A stretch of DNA of 64,000 nt, from positions 2,541 to 66,540 of IMG/VR virus record IMGVR_UViG_3300033182_000652; one strand, given 5' to 3'. Positions 1-9,046 of the stretch are shown one piece after another. The DNA comes from a virus. How positions within the stretch are numbered: position 1 is the first letter of the stretch; every line of letters begins with the position of its first letter. The notes under the pieces are model-generated. The model was not told where the DNA came from. It saw only the letters and a list, made by a program, of their open reading frames with translations, and ran no database searches. The position numbers were made by a program, and so were the translations under genes.

Positions 1-1405
1 CCGGGTTTGAAAGTGTTACTGTTCCCAACCCAAAGCTAGAAGCGCTGATAGTTCCAGTAGAAGAGTCGCTCTGATCTGATCTTAGGAACGAAGCAGCCTC
101 CACCCCGTCCACCGTATCAGCATCTAGACCCGAGTACGCACCATCATTACCAGCGTGCCAGATTTGGTGACCGTCGGCATACAGCGTATATTTGTTGAAA
201 TAAAACGAACCACGATCAGTGTCAATGTTGCAGTAAGTAGCGCTCTTAGGACCGATGTCGATGTAACCGGTGTTACCCTGTACACGCATCGACCCATCAA
301 CATCAGCCTCAGTCAAATGAAGAGCACTCCCCAAGTTGATCTGAGTATCAGCATCTAATGCCCCCGTAAACCTACCTGTCCCATTCACATCCAGAGTGTA
401 CGACGGGGTGGAGTCGTTGATGCCCACACGACTATTCACGTCGTCATAATAAAGCGACGAAGCACCACCAAACACGCCGCCATCATTGTACTGAACCAAC
501 CCATCAGAACCACCCGGCGTTGTCTCACCACCATCTTGCCACGTCACCGAACCAGAACCATCAGTAACAAGCACCTGATCCGCCGTTCCATCAGCCGTAG
601 GAAGCGTGAACTCACCAGTAACCGCAAGCGCTGTAGCAGTAACCGTGCCAGTAGCATTAACCGCCCCAATAGACCAAGCATCCGCAGACTCATCCCACAA
701 AAACGACACATTCGTTTCAGAACCACGCTCAACCTCAATACCCGCATTCAACGACGGAGTACCAGTAACATTAGAGTTAAGTAAAATAATGTTATCTTCA
801 ACAGTCAAAGTTTCAGTATTCAGCGTGACCGTGGTGCCGTTAACAGTCAAGTCGCCGCCAACAGTTGCATCGCCCGATGTTGTCAGGGTCGTAGCCGAGA
901 TGCTGCCGCCCGACTGGTTGCCCGTGACGTTGCCGGTGACGTTGCCGGTGACGTTGCCGGTCAGATCACCTGTTACATCGCCTGTGACATCACCCGTGAC
1001 ATTACCAGTAACGTTACCAACCAGATTAGCATTCACAGTAGTAAGCGTGATATTGTCGTCAAGATTAACAGTGATCGACCCGCTCGTGCCGCCACCACTC
1101 AAATTCGTGCCAGCAACAATCTCCGTAATATCACCCGCAGGGTCACCAGTGTTTCCCGCACCCACCACGCCCGTAAACGCAACAAACGACCCAGACTTAC
1201 CCTCCAAAAACCCAACAAACACAACATCGCCAGCAGCAGGCGTCGGCCCCGCATACGGAATACCTTCGTAAACGTTATTCAAACCAAGCTTAGGAATCTT
1301 CAGCCCCAGCAAATTATCATCACCAATAGAAACAACTGTTCCCCGAAAAATCCCGCTAACAGCCACACCAGAACTTGCAGATGTGTTAAAACTTGTTCTT
1401 CTCAC
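1..1405 (-). CDS. Baseplate spike/tail fibre-like protein (partial, runs off window start)
   Basis: Not in the ORF track. I translated it by hand from GTG 1405 (GTGA overlap with the upstream stop); it is open to position 2. Short gpV/gp5-like N-terminus (GIFRGTVVS...GDVVFVGFLEG), then G(N/D)VT repeats and fibre motifs (AGIEVERG, RVGINDSTPSYTLDVNG, WHAGNDG..SGLDADTVDG). Confidence 0.75.
   Translation of the reverse strand, partial: MRRTSFNTSASSGVAVSGIFRGTVVSIGDDNLLGLKIPKLGLNNVYEGIPYAGPTPAAGDVVFVGFLEGKSGSFVAFTGVVGAGNTGDPAGDITEIVAGTNLSGGGTSGSITVNLDDNITLTTVNANLVGNVTGNVTGDVTGDVTGDLTGNVTGNVTGNVTGNQSGGSISATTLTTSGDATVGGDLTVNGTTVTLNTETLTVEDNIILLNSNVTGTPSLNAGIEVERGSETNVSFLWDESADAWSIGAVNATGTVTATALAVTGEFTLPTADGTADQVLVTDGSGSVTWQDGGETTPGGSDGLVQYNDGGVFGGASSLYYDDVNSRVGINDSTPSYTLDVNGTGRFTGALDADTQINLGSALHLTEADVDGSMRVQGNTGYIDIGPKSATYCNIDTDRGSFYFNKYTLYADGHQIWHAGNDGAYSGLDADTVDGVEAASFLRSDQSDSSTGTISASSFGLGTVTLSNP
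917..1018 (-). repeat. 12-bp coding tandem repeat encoding (G-N/D-V/L-T)n
   Basis: gttgccggtgac-type units, about 8-9 copies, inside the fibre ORF. Confidence 0.85.
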
Positions 1406-2625
1406 AATGCCGCCTTAATCATTGCCCAGTCGTCAGCGTCAACCTGACCAGTTACCGGTAGTCCGTTTAGTTCTTGAAATTTACGTACAGCTCTTGCTGT
1501 CTGTGGACCAAAAATACCGTCAATCGCTAAACGATAGTTTACTGTCTTAACATAAGACGTACTGGTCACGTTGGCACCAATGCTTGTCGCATGTGCAATT
1601 TCTTCAGCGGTCATCTGGACGGTTACCTGCCGTTTGCCGTTGTACGAGGCAGCCACCGCCTGCTGAATACGCTTAACACATTCACCACGAGAACCTTCAG
1701 CGAACGTCTGAATCTCACACTGCATATCGTCCGAGTCTTCTGGACAAGTACCCGACACGCTAACGAACCCTGCTTTAGACGTATCGAAGCTTACTCGGTC
1801 AACCATAAACTTTTTATCAAAGTTATTTAATCCTTTAATAGTTAATCCTAGCCCCGGAAAAACAGTGATGGATGACGTAGACTTTATCATGTTGATATTG
1901 CACGTCGATGCTGAATCTTTGCTGTCTACAGATCTACGCACAGTCAGGTTCGCTGCAAAAAACGGATCATCCTCGTTAGAAGGAACAGTAACCTCAATAG
2001 ACGGCTGCCTAGATATGATAAACTCCTCTGAAGCAAAAAACATCACACCATTAGCCTCAAAAAACATAAACTCCGCTTCTCGGGCTAAACGTACAAGAAC
2101 ATCATACGTTGATTCGTCTTTCTGCTCAGTCTGTTCCCGAACAATATTACCGTCAACCGGAGTATCTTCACCAAAAAACTGTAAACCAAACCGAGCCGCC
2201 GCCGCCGCCGCAAAAGCTGTAGGAGAAATCCGCCCAAACGACTCCTGCCCCTTTTCCCTACGCATTTGCTGCATCTTCCGATTACGAGCGGTAACCATTA
2301 CCGTATCACTAGCTCCGTGCTCTACCGAAACCGCAGCAATCTCAAAATCAACCGTCTTAACTGAAACAGTAACATCATCGCCACCACTATCTTCGACCAC
2401 TAGAGTGTCAGGTAAAACAAACGCAACACGTCTACCAATCATAAAATAGTTACTATTAAGCATCTTAAAGCCGGGATCGTACAAGCGAAGCTTTAACTCA
2501 CTGATCATTTTTGCAGTCATATCGAACTGAGCAGACAATACTGATTCCCGTACAAGGACGTTCTCATTCCCAATTTCACCAATATACAGGTACTCATTGT
2601 CTGTGAAAGCTGCAGAAATAGTCAT
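1402..2625 (-). CDS. Baseplate hub protein (gpD/gp44-like) with C-terminal peptidoglycan-binding domain
   Basis: Position after tape measure and tube initiator; ESTYDVLVRLA...FMFFEANGVMFF hub motif; C-terminal IDGIFGPQTARAVRKFQELNGLPVTGQVD PG-binding motif. Confidence 0.7.
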   Translation of the reverse strand: MTISAAFTDNEYLYIGEIGNENVLVRESVLSAQFDMTAKMISELKLRLYDPGFKMLNSNYFMIGRRVAFVLPDTLVVEDSGGDDVTVSVKTVDFEIAAVSVEHGASDTVMVTARNRKMQQMRREKGQESFGRISPTAFAAAAAARFGLQFFGEDTPVDGNIVREQTEQKDESTYDVLVRLAREAEFMFFEANGVMFFASEEFIISRQPSIEVTVPSNEDDPFFAANLTVRRSVDSKDSASTCNINMIKSTSSITVFPGLGLTIKGLNNFDKKFMVDRVSFDTSKAGFVSVSGTCPEDSDDMQCEIQTFAEGSRGECVKRIQQAVAASYNGKRQVTVQMTAEEIAHATSIGANVTSTSYVKTVNYRLAIDGIFGPQTARAVRKFQELNGLPVTGQVDADDWAMIKAAL

Positions 2626-2666
2626 GATAGTATTCTACCTACTTGAAAACAAGCGATCCAGTATTA

Positions 2667-3449
2667 TTAGTTGGGTTCGATAATATCGGCATCTGGAACA
2701 GGACGGTCAAGAATCACCGACGCTTGACTGTCCACAATAATCGTAATACCCTCTCCGCCGTCTTCCGGAGGAGGAGCAGAACCAATAGGGGTAGGAGCAT
2801 TAGGTGTAAATACAACTGCCGCTAACTCAACAATCTTCTGGTCGTATAACGGCGTTTCCGTCAACTGCAAATCTACAGAAACCTGCGTAGGATTACCATC
2901 AAGATCCCTACGAACAGTGGTGAAAGACATCTTAGTTATCGTAACCGTATAAGGAACGGCTGAAACTCCGTACACAAACTTGCACGGAATTGAGTTAGCC
3001 GCAATAAGCTCGATCTTATCCAAAATTTCAATAACAGGAAACGGATCACAACCACCAGTTACTTTATCTGCAATCATAGCTGAGAACGTAATCGTCCTCA
3101 AAGACGGGTTCTCAAAAACAAGCAAAGGAGCTTTCCCTGGCCTCGGAATCTTTTTCGTAACACCAGCGTACTCATCAAACTCTAGATTCTGAGGACCATA
3201 CGGAAACTCTACTTGAAAATCTTCCCATGTTGTCCCGTCCGGAAGATTATACTTATACGGACCTACGTCTACCCTTTCAAAGTCTCGGAATACATCATCA
3301 GGCCCAGTAACGGGGGCTGTTGATGTGAATTTGAAAGGCTGAAACGGTTTTAGCACGGCACGGCCAGGATTCACCGAGTGGTAATCCAGCGTATCAAAAA
3401 TATCTATTTGATTTGTTATATCAACTACTTTTTGTTGCAAAATAGGCAC
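2667..3449 (-). CDS. Tail tube initiator / baseplate protein
   Basis: Directly after tape measure; RPGKAPLLVF..PSLRTITFS and VTITKMSF...RRD.DG.P....VDLQLTE resemble contractile tube-fold initiators. Confidence 0.55.
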   Translation of the reverse strand: MPILQQKVVDITNQIDIFDTLDYHSVNPGRAVLKPFQPFKFTSTAPVTGPDDVFRDFERVDVGPYKYNLPDGTTWEDFQVEFPYGPQNLEFDEYAGVTKKIPRPGKAPLLVFENPSLRTITFSAMIADKVTGGCDPFPVIEILDKIELIAANSIPCKFVYGVSAVPYTVTITKMSFTTVRRDLDGNPTQVSVDLQLTETPLYDQKIVELAAVVFTPNAPTPIGSAPPPEDGGEGITIIVDSQASVILDRPVPDADIIEPN

Positions 3450-3464
3450 AATTTACCCCTATAA

Positions 3465-6400
3465 CTACTCAATCACGCCGGTCAAGTAAGCAATTGACAC
3501 TCCACGCTCATTAACGAAAGCGGCCTCTCTTACCTTAACACCGTTTTCATTCAAAGACTTAATATCAGTCATAATCTCGTAAAGATGCTCATTACGTGTC
3601 GTGTCAAGCTGCTCACTAGCTTCCATAAACCCTGCCCCTGCTAGTGACTGCAACAGAATCGAAGTAGTGTCAGCACCAGCAGCTTCTGCCTGCTTAAACA
3701 AGTCTACTGTTCCCGTAGCCGCCCCAGCAATAGCACTAATCCCCAATTCTTTAATCAACTCTCCCCTCACTGCCTCAGCTGCAGCACCTGTCGGAGCCGC
3801 CCCGGCATTAAGAAGACCTTGATAACGCTCAGACCCCGTCAAACCGCTACGAAGATTAAGCGCTGACCGAACGTTAGCCCGATTAGCAATAAAGTTCTCG
3901 ATACCACGCAGTTCAGAAGCATCGGTACCAATAATTCCGTCATCTCCAGCAAAAGCCATAATTTTATCTAACGGAATTCCGTAAGCCTGACTCATAGCTG
4001 TAGCGGACTCAAGAGTTCCAGTCGCCAACATTGCCAACAGGCCACCAGCCTGATCTGCAGATACATGAGGTAGAACCTTTTCTATCAACTCAAAATTCGA
4101 AGAAAAACCTGCAATATCTGGAGACACGCCCATAGCTATTTCATACGCAGCAAACGACTCAAATGCGTCTCGAACCAAATCAACAGTTAACTTATCGGCA
4201 TTAGCTAACGTAGTAAACGCAGCGTTTGCTGTGGCTCTAGCTTCCGACTGGCCCAAAGGTGAAGTAGAAAAAGTAGGGAAAAACCCCCGGTTTCTATCAA
4301 TAAGAGGAAGAATTTGCGCAGCGAAAACAGCGCTAGCGCCTGCAGCATTAAGCAAACCCTGAGTTAAATCAATGCCTAACGCAGCAGCAGTTTCTTCAAT
4401 TTGCTGATTAGTTAACGATGTAGTTCTACTAAGCATATCAAGATTAGTGTCAAACGTTTCCAGTTCTTCATCAATCCGTGCAAACATCATCTGCAGCTCG
4501 TTACCGAGTTTACTTCCGGGTCTTAACCTCTCAGTGATTTCTACATCTGTCAAGCCCTCAAAACTGACACCAAGCTCCTCTTCAATGAACTTCAATAAAC
4601 CTAACGTGGACGGATCTTTTAGATCTATGAGATTGGTAAGCTCGCTACCTTCGCCTTCACTCCACCCGCTTCCTAAAAAAGACGTAGTCCAGTTTAATGC
4701 TCTAGTAGCGCTGGCTACTGTATCACTCCACCAACCTCCGCTATAGTCTAAAATCTCTCCGTTCGTACGATCCGTCACAAGACGCCTCTGAGTTGCAAAA
4801 AATAAGCTCGGGTCATAAATTTCGCCAGCTTTTTGAATCCTTCTTCGGTTAGCATTAATATCTGCAAAAGATGCCCCTGCAAAAGAAACCTCTGAAGCAA
4901 GATTAGCCGCTTGGCCAAACAGATCATCCAGCTCACTGCGACGCCTATTCACACCAGCTCTTCCCGAAAGCACATCGACAATAGCACCACCAACCGCCCC
5001 CGCAATTAGTCCCGGTGCACCAAAGCTTGCCCCCAACATAGCCCCACCAGCAATAGTGCTCATAGAGCCTATATCTGAAGGCCCGTTGTAATAATTGCTT
5101 GCGGCTCCAAAACCGAGAAAACCTGCACCAGTCATCATGGAACCTTGACGGGAGGCTAAGAATCCGGGTGTGGCCCGAGCCATACCGGGTATCTTCTCGG
5201 CAAAGGTTAACGCCCTTCCTGGCCGCATTAATGCCAACAAACCCAACCCGCCAAGCACGCCACCAGCCGCACCTGCACCCATAACAGCGCCCAAAAGATC
5301 ACCTATGGTCTTAATAGCAGGAGCAAGCGTATTCAAAACAGAGGCCAACCCACTAAGCGCATTCGGAAGTTGTTCTAAAACAGGAACCAGCGCATCCAAA
5401 AGCTGACCAATAGCCGGAATAACCTCAGAGGCTACAGTGTTCATAGCATCAGCAAATAGATCTAACTTAGCAAAGAACCCCGACTGGCCAGACTTCAACA
5501 AATCAAAAATAGCACCAAACACATTACCAATAGACGCACCAAACGACTGGAAAGCCTCAGCATTCTTCACAATAAGATCACTAAACGACCTAAACAAACC
5601 ACGACCGCCACCCGTAGCGCCCATAGCCCTAAACATCTCAATCACAACATCAGCAGCAGGCTCAAACTGAACCAAGAACGCCCCAATGCCGTGGAAGAAA
5701 TCACGGATACTACGGAAGAACCCTACGAAGCTTTCACCCATTTGCTCAATGTTTTCAAGATGATCAAAGATGTTGCTCCGGATGAAATCCATCGTTTTTT
5801 CAACGAGAGTTACCAACGTGGGGGCAAACGAATCAGCACCAAAACGTTGAATGAGTAGCGACATGCCCACGAAGTTTTCACGAACAATACGGGCCATATC
5901 CATCATTGCGTCACGGAACGGGTTCAGAAGCGGCTGACCCATATCCGCAAACATGTTCTTCATGCCTGAGAATTCTGTTTTAGCTGTGCCGATAAACGTA
6001 CCGGCAAGTCCAGCGCCTACGCCCCGATAATTTTCAGATACGATAGATCCGCTGGAGAGAGCAGCCAGTAACTGATTTGTTGAAAGGCCCTCTTGTAAAG
6101 ACCCTGATCGGAATCCGGCTGCGCCACTCAGTGCTGAACGTAATTCTGCAGAGTCTTTAGAACCGATTGCTTTTGCAATTGATTGAACGGCTGCAGCGTC
6201 TCCCCCGGTCAGGTTAATAAGCTGACGGGCGATGCCGCCCGAGGCTGTCGGTGAAACTCCTGCTTTTGCGAGACCTGCCAACAGGTCGGTTGTGGCTTCA
6301 CCGCCAAGAAGACCTGTTGTTCTAGAACCAAGGCTGCGGCTCAGTAAAGCTGAGTTTTGAGCACCACGACGAGTCATGCCTCCCCCAACAGACGGGATAA

Positions 6401-6899
6401 GCATCGCTTCATTAAATTGCCGCATGGCTGCAGCCGCAACAGATACCGCTGTCGCTACACCGGCTGCCGTAACTGACAAACCTTTCAAAGCTATCTGATA
6501 AACTTGAACTGCAGCTCTACCGGTTATCAATGCGAGTTTGGCTGAAAGCAAACCTATAGTAAACAAGCCAATCTGACCGATTAATGCAACAAAAGACAGC
6601 TTAGATAATGTAGTGATAAACTTCTTAAGTGGTGCAATGGCCCGATCTAAAGTTCTTGCAAAACGACGATGACGGTGGTTAATGCGATCCATATGCCGAT
6701 CGTGTTTACCTAGGTGTGTGTTTGCTCTATTAAGCGAATTGCTGAAGCGATCTGACTCTCGTCGTGAATCGCCTATACGATCAGCAAACCTACGACTTCT
6801 CCTATCAAGCTGATCAAACCTTTGCTCAAGCAACGTAAGCTCGGATAAGTCATCAACCTTAACATCGACCTTAATAACTACACTATCTTGAACAGGCAT
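3465..6899 (-). CDS. Tape measure protein
   Basis: 1144 aa, Ala/Gly-rich and helical with hydrophobic segments, downstream of the tail chaperone; GGAGG RBS. Confidence 0.85.
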   Translation of the reverse strand: MPVQDSVVIKVDVKVDDLSELTLLEQRFDQLDRRSRRFADRIGDSRRESDRFSNSLNRANTHLGKHDRHMDRINHRHRRFARTLDRAIAPLKKFITTLSKLSFVALIGQIGLFTIGLLSAKLALITGRAAVQVYQIALKGLSVTAAGVATAVSVAAAAMRQFNEAMLIPSVGGGMTRRGAQNSALLSRSLGSRTTGLLGGEATTDLLAGLAKAGVSPTASGGIARQLINLTGGDAAAVQSIAKAIGSKDSAELRSALSGAAGFRSGSLQEGLSTNQLLAALSSGSIVSENYRGVGAGLAGTFIGTAKTEFSGMKNMFADMGQPLLNPFRDAMMDMARIVRENFVGMSLLIQRFGADSFAPTLVTLVEKTMDFIRSNIFDHLENIEQMGESFVGFFRSIRDFFHGIGAFLVQFEPAADVVIEMFRAMGATGGGRGLFRSFSDLIVKNAEAFQSFGASIGNVFGAIFDLLKSGQSGFFAKLDLFADAMNTVASEVIPAIGQLLDALVPVLEQLPNALSGLASVLNTLAPAIKTIGDLLGAVMGAGAAGGVLGGLGLLALMRPGRALTFAEKIPGMARATPGFLASRQGSMMTGAGFLGFGAASNYYNGPSDIGSMSTIAGGAMLGASFGAPGLIAGAVGGAIVDVLSGRAGVNRRRSELDDLFGQAANLASEVSFAGASFADINANRRRIQKAGEIYDPSLFFATQRRLVTDRTNGEILDYSGGWWSDTVASATRALNWTTSFLGSGWSEGEGSELTNLIDLKDPSTLGLLKFIEEELGVSFEGLTDVEITERLRPGSKLGNELQMMFARIDEELETFDTNLDMLSRTTSLTNQQIEETAAALGIDLTQGLLNAAGASAVFAAQILPLIDRNRGFFPTFSTSPLGQSEARATANAAFTTLANADKLTVDLVRDAFESFAAYEIAMGVSPDIAGFSSNFELIEKVLPHVSADQAGGLLAMLATGTLESATAMSQAYGIPLDKIMAFAGDDGIIGTDASELRGIENFIANRANVRSALNLRSGLTGSERYQGLLNAGAAPTGAAAEAVRGELIKELGISAIAGAATGTVDLFKQAEAAGADTTSILLQSLAGAGFMEASEQLDTTRNEHLYEIMTDIKSLNENGVKVREAAFVNERGVSIAYLTGVIE

Positions 6900-6913
6900 A
6901 AAGCACCTCCCCC

Positions 6914-6961
6914 AAAAAGAGAAAGCCAGGAACTTCTATTATTCTATAGAAATTCCCGGCT
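6914..6961 (-). terminator. Terminator-like hairpin between chaperone and tape measure
   Basis: Minus strand AGCCGGGAATTTCTA-loop-TAGAAGTTCCTGGCT followed by TTCTCTTTTT. Confidence 0.5.
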
Positions 6962-6962
6962 G

Positions 6963-7172
6963 TCAGTAACCACCAGTGCTACCTCTTCTCTTTTTTTCTC
7001 TAGCTTCATGATCTGCTGACAACGCCTGCGCAGCAGCCATCCTAATCAACCACTCATCCAAATCCGAATCCAAAATCTGAATCGGATCACAATGAAAAGC
7101 CTCAGCTAACCTAGCCGAAGATTTAATACGTGGATCGTCGGCTAGTCTATCAACTAGCCCTGCGTAGGGTCC
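6963..7172 (-). CDS. Tail assembly chaperone C-terminal extension (-1 frameshift product)
   Basis: The -1 frame has no start at its 5' end and reads LVDRLADDPRIKSSARLAEAFHCDPIQIL...GGY*, overlapping the chaperone end. Candidate slip site GGACCCT at 7172-7166. Confidence 0.7.
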   Translation of the reverse strand, partial: GPYAGLVDRLADDPRIKSSARLAEAFHCDPIQILDSDLDEWLIRMAAAQALSADHEAREKKRRGSTGGY

Positions 7173-7672
7173 TCCGCATCAACGTCGTCCCCATACCCAG
7201 CAAAATCCAGAATCTTCAAAGCAACATTCTCAAGATGCGGATCAACACCATAGAACGCACGGATAGCATCGGGCAGCGGACGATCAGTATTAGTCATCTC
7301 CATCATCACAGGAGAAGCAAACGTGATAGCGTTACCCTCATCATCCAACACAAGCTCATCATCAAAATAGATTCCTGACACAGTGTTACCAATCACGTAG
7401 CAAGAAAACTTGATTGAATCCAGCTCGTCAGTCTTGCGGTTCGTGGAGTTACGACGCCACGCCTTCAACTGCTCATTCGTGATGTTAGGAGAGAAACGTA
7501 CCGACACGCCCTTACGCTCCGGAACATCCATCTCAACCTCAGGACGAGTCACTTCACGAGAAATCTCGTCCTTAAGCATGTCAAGAACAGACACTCGCTT
7601 ACTTGACTTGCCTGACGTTGGCTCCGCCTTAGCAGGAGTAGTACCAGCTACCTCAATAATATCATCAGCCAT
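7154..7672 (-). CDS. Tail assembly chaperone
   Basis: 172 aa, acidic, upstream of tape measure, ends EDPTQG with an overlapping -1 ORF. Confidence 0.75.
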   Translation of the reverse strand: MADDIIEVAGTTPAKAEPTSGKSSKRVSVLDMLKDEISREVTRPEVEMDVPERKGVSVRFSPNITNEQLKAWRRNSTNRKTDELDSIKFSCYVIGNTVSGIYFDDELVLDDEGNAITFASPVMMEMTNTDRPLPDAIRAFYGVDPHLENVALKILDFAGYGDDVDAEDPTQG

Positions 7673-7698
7673 TATTAGCCTTTCTTCCTTTAACTTAC

Positions 7699-8436
7699 TC
7701 AGTCAGCCAGCGCTGCCCAAGTCTTAGCACCAACAACACCGTCAGCAGCAAGACCCTCGTCACGCTGGAACTGCTTCACAGCCTTCAACGTCTTAGGACC
7801 AAAGTCGCCGTCAACACCAGAATTCTTACGAGGACGAGAAGTCAGCTTGTAACCGTTCTTGTCCAGAAGCTTCTGAAGGAACTCCACAACCGGACCCTTA
7901 TCGCCCTTACGTACAACAGTCTGGAAACAAGCCGCAATGAACTCAAGAACCTGAGCCTGCTCAGACTTAACCGAAGCAGCTCTCGGAACCGTAATATCGC
8001 CCTTAACAGGGAACCAGTCCATCTTCGAACCGCTAACACGGCACGGCTGATGATGCCACCATTCCGAAGCCACGGTCTTACGAATACCGTACTCCTCAGC
8101 AATCTTGTTTACCTGCGTGGTAGAGATAGCGCCCTTCTTGATAATACGGAAGTCAACCGCATAGCCGTAACCATCAAACTTTGGCTGGCTCATATGATAT
8201 GAACCCTGGAAGCCTGCACGGTTGATGCGGTCAGGGTTAGCTGCCAGATTGAAACCGGGCTTGCGGCTCTTATAACCATCATACAGATACTTCTGCTGCT
8301 GGTAGGTACGAACACCAGACACAACAGCGACCTTGCCCGCAATGCGTGGATCAGCGAAGAACGCTTCCAGACGGGCCTTAAACTTCGGGTGAAGATCCTT
8401 CACATTCACCCTGCTACTTGTAACAGGAATAGTCAT
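7699..8436 (-). CDS. Endolysin: M15-family Zn peptidase plus peptidoglycan-binding domain
   Basis: SGVRT..QQ..LY, SYH...AVD and EWWH M15 motifs; C-terminal DGDFGPKTLKAVKQFQ...GLAADGVVGAKTW. Confidence 0.85.
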   Translation of the reverse strand: MTIPVTSSRVNVKDLHPKFKARLEAFFADPRIAGKVAVVSGVRTYQQQKYLYDGYKSRKPGFNLAANPDRINRAGFQGSYHMSQPKFDGYGYAVDFRIIKKGAISTTQVNKIAEEYGIRKTVASEWWHHQPCRVSGSKMDWFPVKGDITVPRAASVKSEQAQVLEFIAACFQTVVRKGDKGPVVEFLQKLLDKNGYKLTSRPRKNSGVDGDFGPKTLKAVKQFQRDEGLAADGVVGAKTWAALAD

Positions 8437-8472
8437 TCGATAATCCTTTGCTAGAGAATAACTTGCCTACCT

Positions 8473-8502
8473 ACACTACCAAAAACCTACACACCTAGTC
8501 AA
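8473..8502 (-). promoter_or_regulatory. Sigma-A-like promoter of endolysin
   Basis: Minus strand TTGACT-N18-TAGTGT just downstream of the tube terminator. Confidence 0.55.
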
Positions 8503-8510
8503 GCAAAATA

Positions 8511-8548
8511 AAAAAGAAAAAGCGCCACCCGAAGGTGACGCTTTTTCT
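8511..8548 (-). terminator. Intrinsic terminator after tail tube gene
   Basis: AGAAAAAGCGTCACC-TTCG-GGTGGCGCTTTTTCT then T-run; cUUCGg tetraloop. Confidence 0.85.
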
Positions 8549-8586
8549 CAAGTGTCTAGTTTAAGTTGAAATAGATAACGTATTTA

Positions 8587-9033
8587 TCAGGTACTCTGAT
8601 CCACAGATGAAACTGAGAAAGTCAGAGAAAGAGTAGCGGGAGCGCCAGAAGAAGCGTCACCATCAGGCTCAGTCAGACCCACCAGCAGGCATCTCGCATA
8701 ACTGCGCTCGGAACCCGGAACCTGAAGGTCACAATCCAGCGTGAAAACGCTAATGTCATAGTACGCACGACCAACAAGCTGTCTTAATGCCTGAAGGTGA
8801 GCATAGTCATCGGCATCATCTGTAGCAAACCGGCTAACAGTAATGTCACCGATTTCAGATGGAGCACAAAGGACCTCTGGATGAATCTTACCGCCGTCAT
8901 AAACCTTTTCAACCGCAGCACTAATCTCACCACCGCTTACGGTAGTAAAATAATTCCCGTTGTTAAAATTGGGGGCAGTACCGTCACTAGACTGAATCTG
9001 AGCGACAATTTGCCGTTGTGTTGCTTTAGCCAT
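8587..9033 (-). CDS. Tail tube protein
   Basis: 148 aa immediately after sheath; F..VSGGE...DITVSR...TLSLTFSV tube pattern. Confidence 0.8.
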   Translation of the reverse strand: MAKATQRQIVAQIQSSDGTAPNFNNGNYFTTVSGGEISAAVEKVYDGGKIHPEVLCAPSEIGDITVSRFATDDADDYAHLQALRQLVGRAYYDISVFTLDCDLQVPGSERSYARCLLVGLTEPDGDASSGAPATLSLTFSVSSVDQST

Positions 9034-9046
9034 TAATCATATCTCC

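Noticed and set aside
606-1271. 221-aa plus-strand ORF with PVT repeats
   Set aside because: Antisense shadow of the G(N/D)VT repeat in the minus-strand fibre gene.
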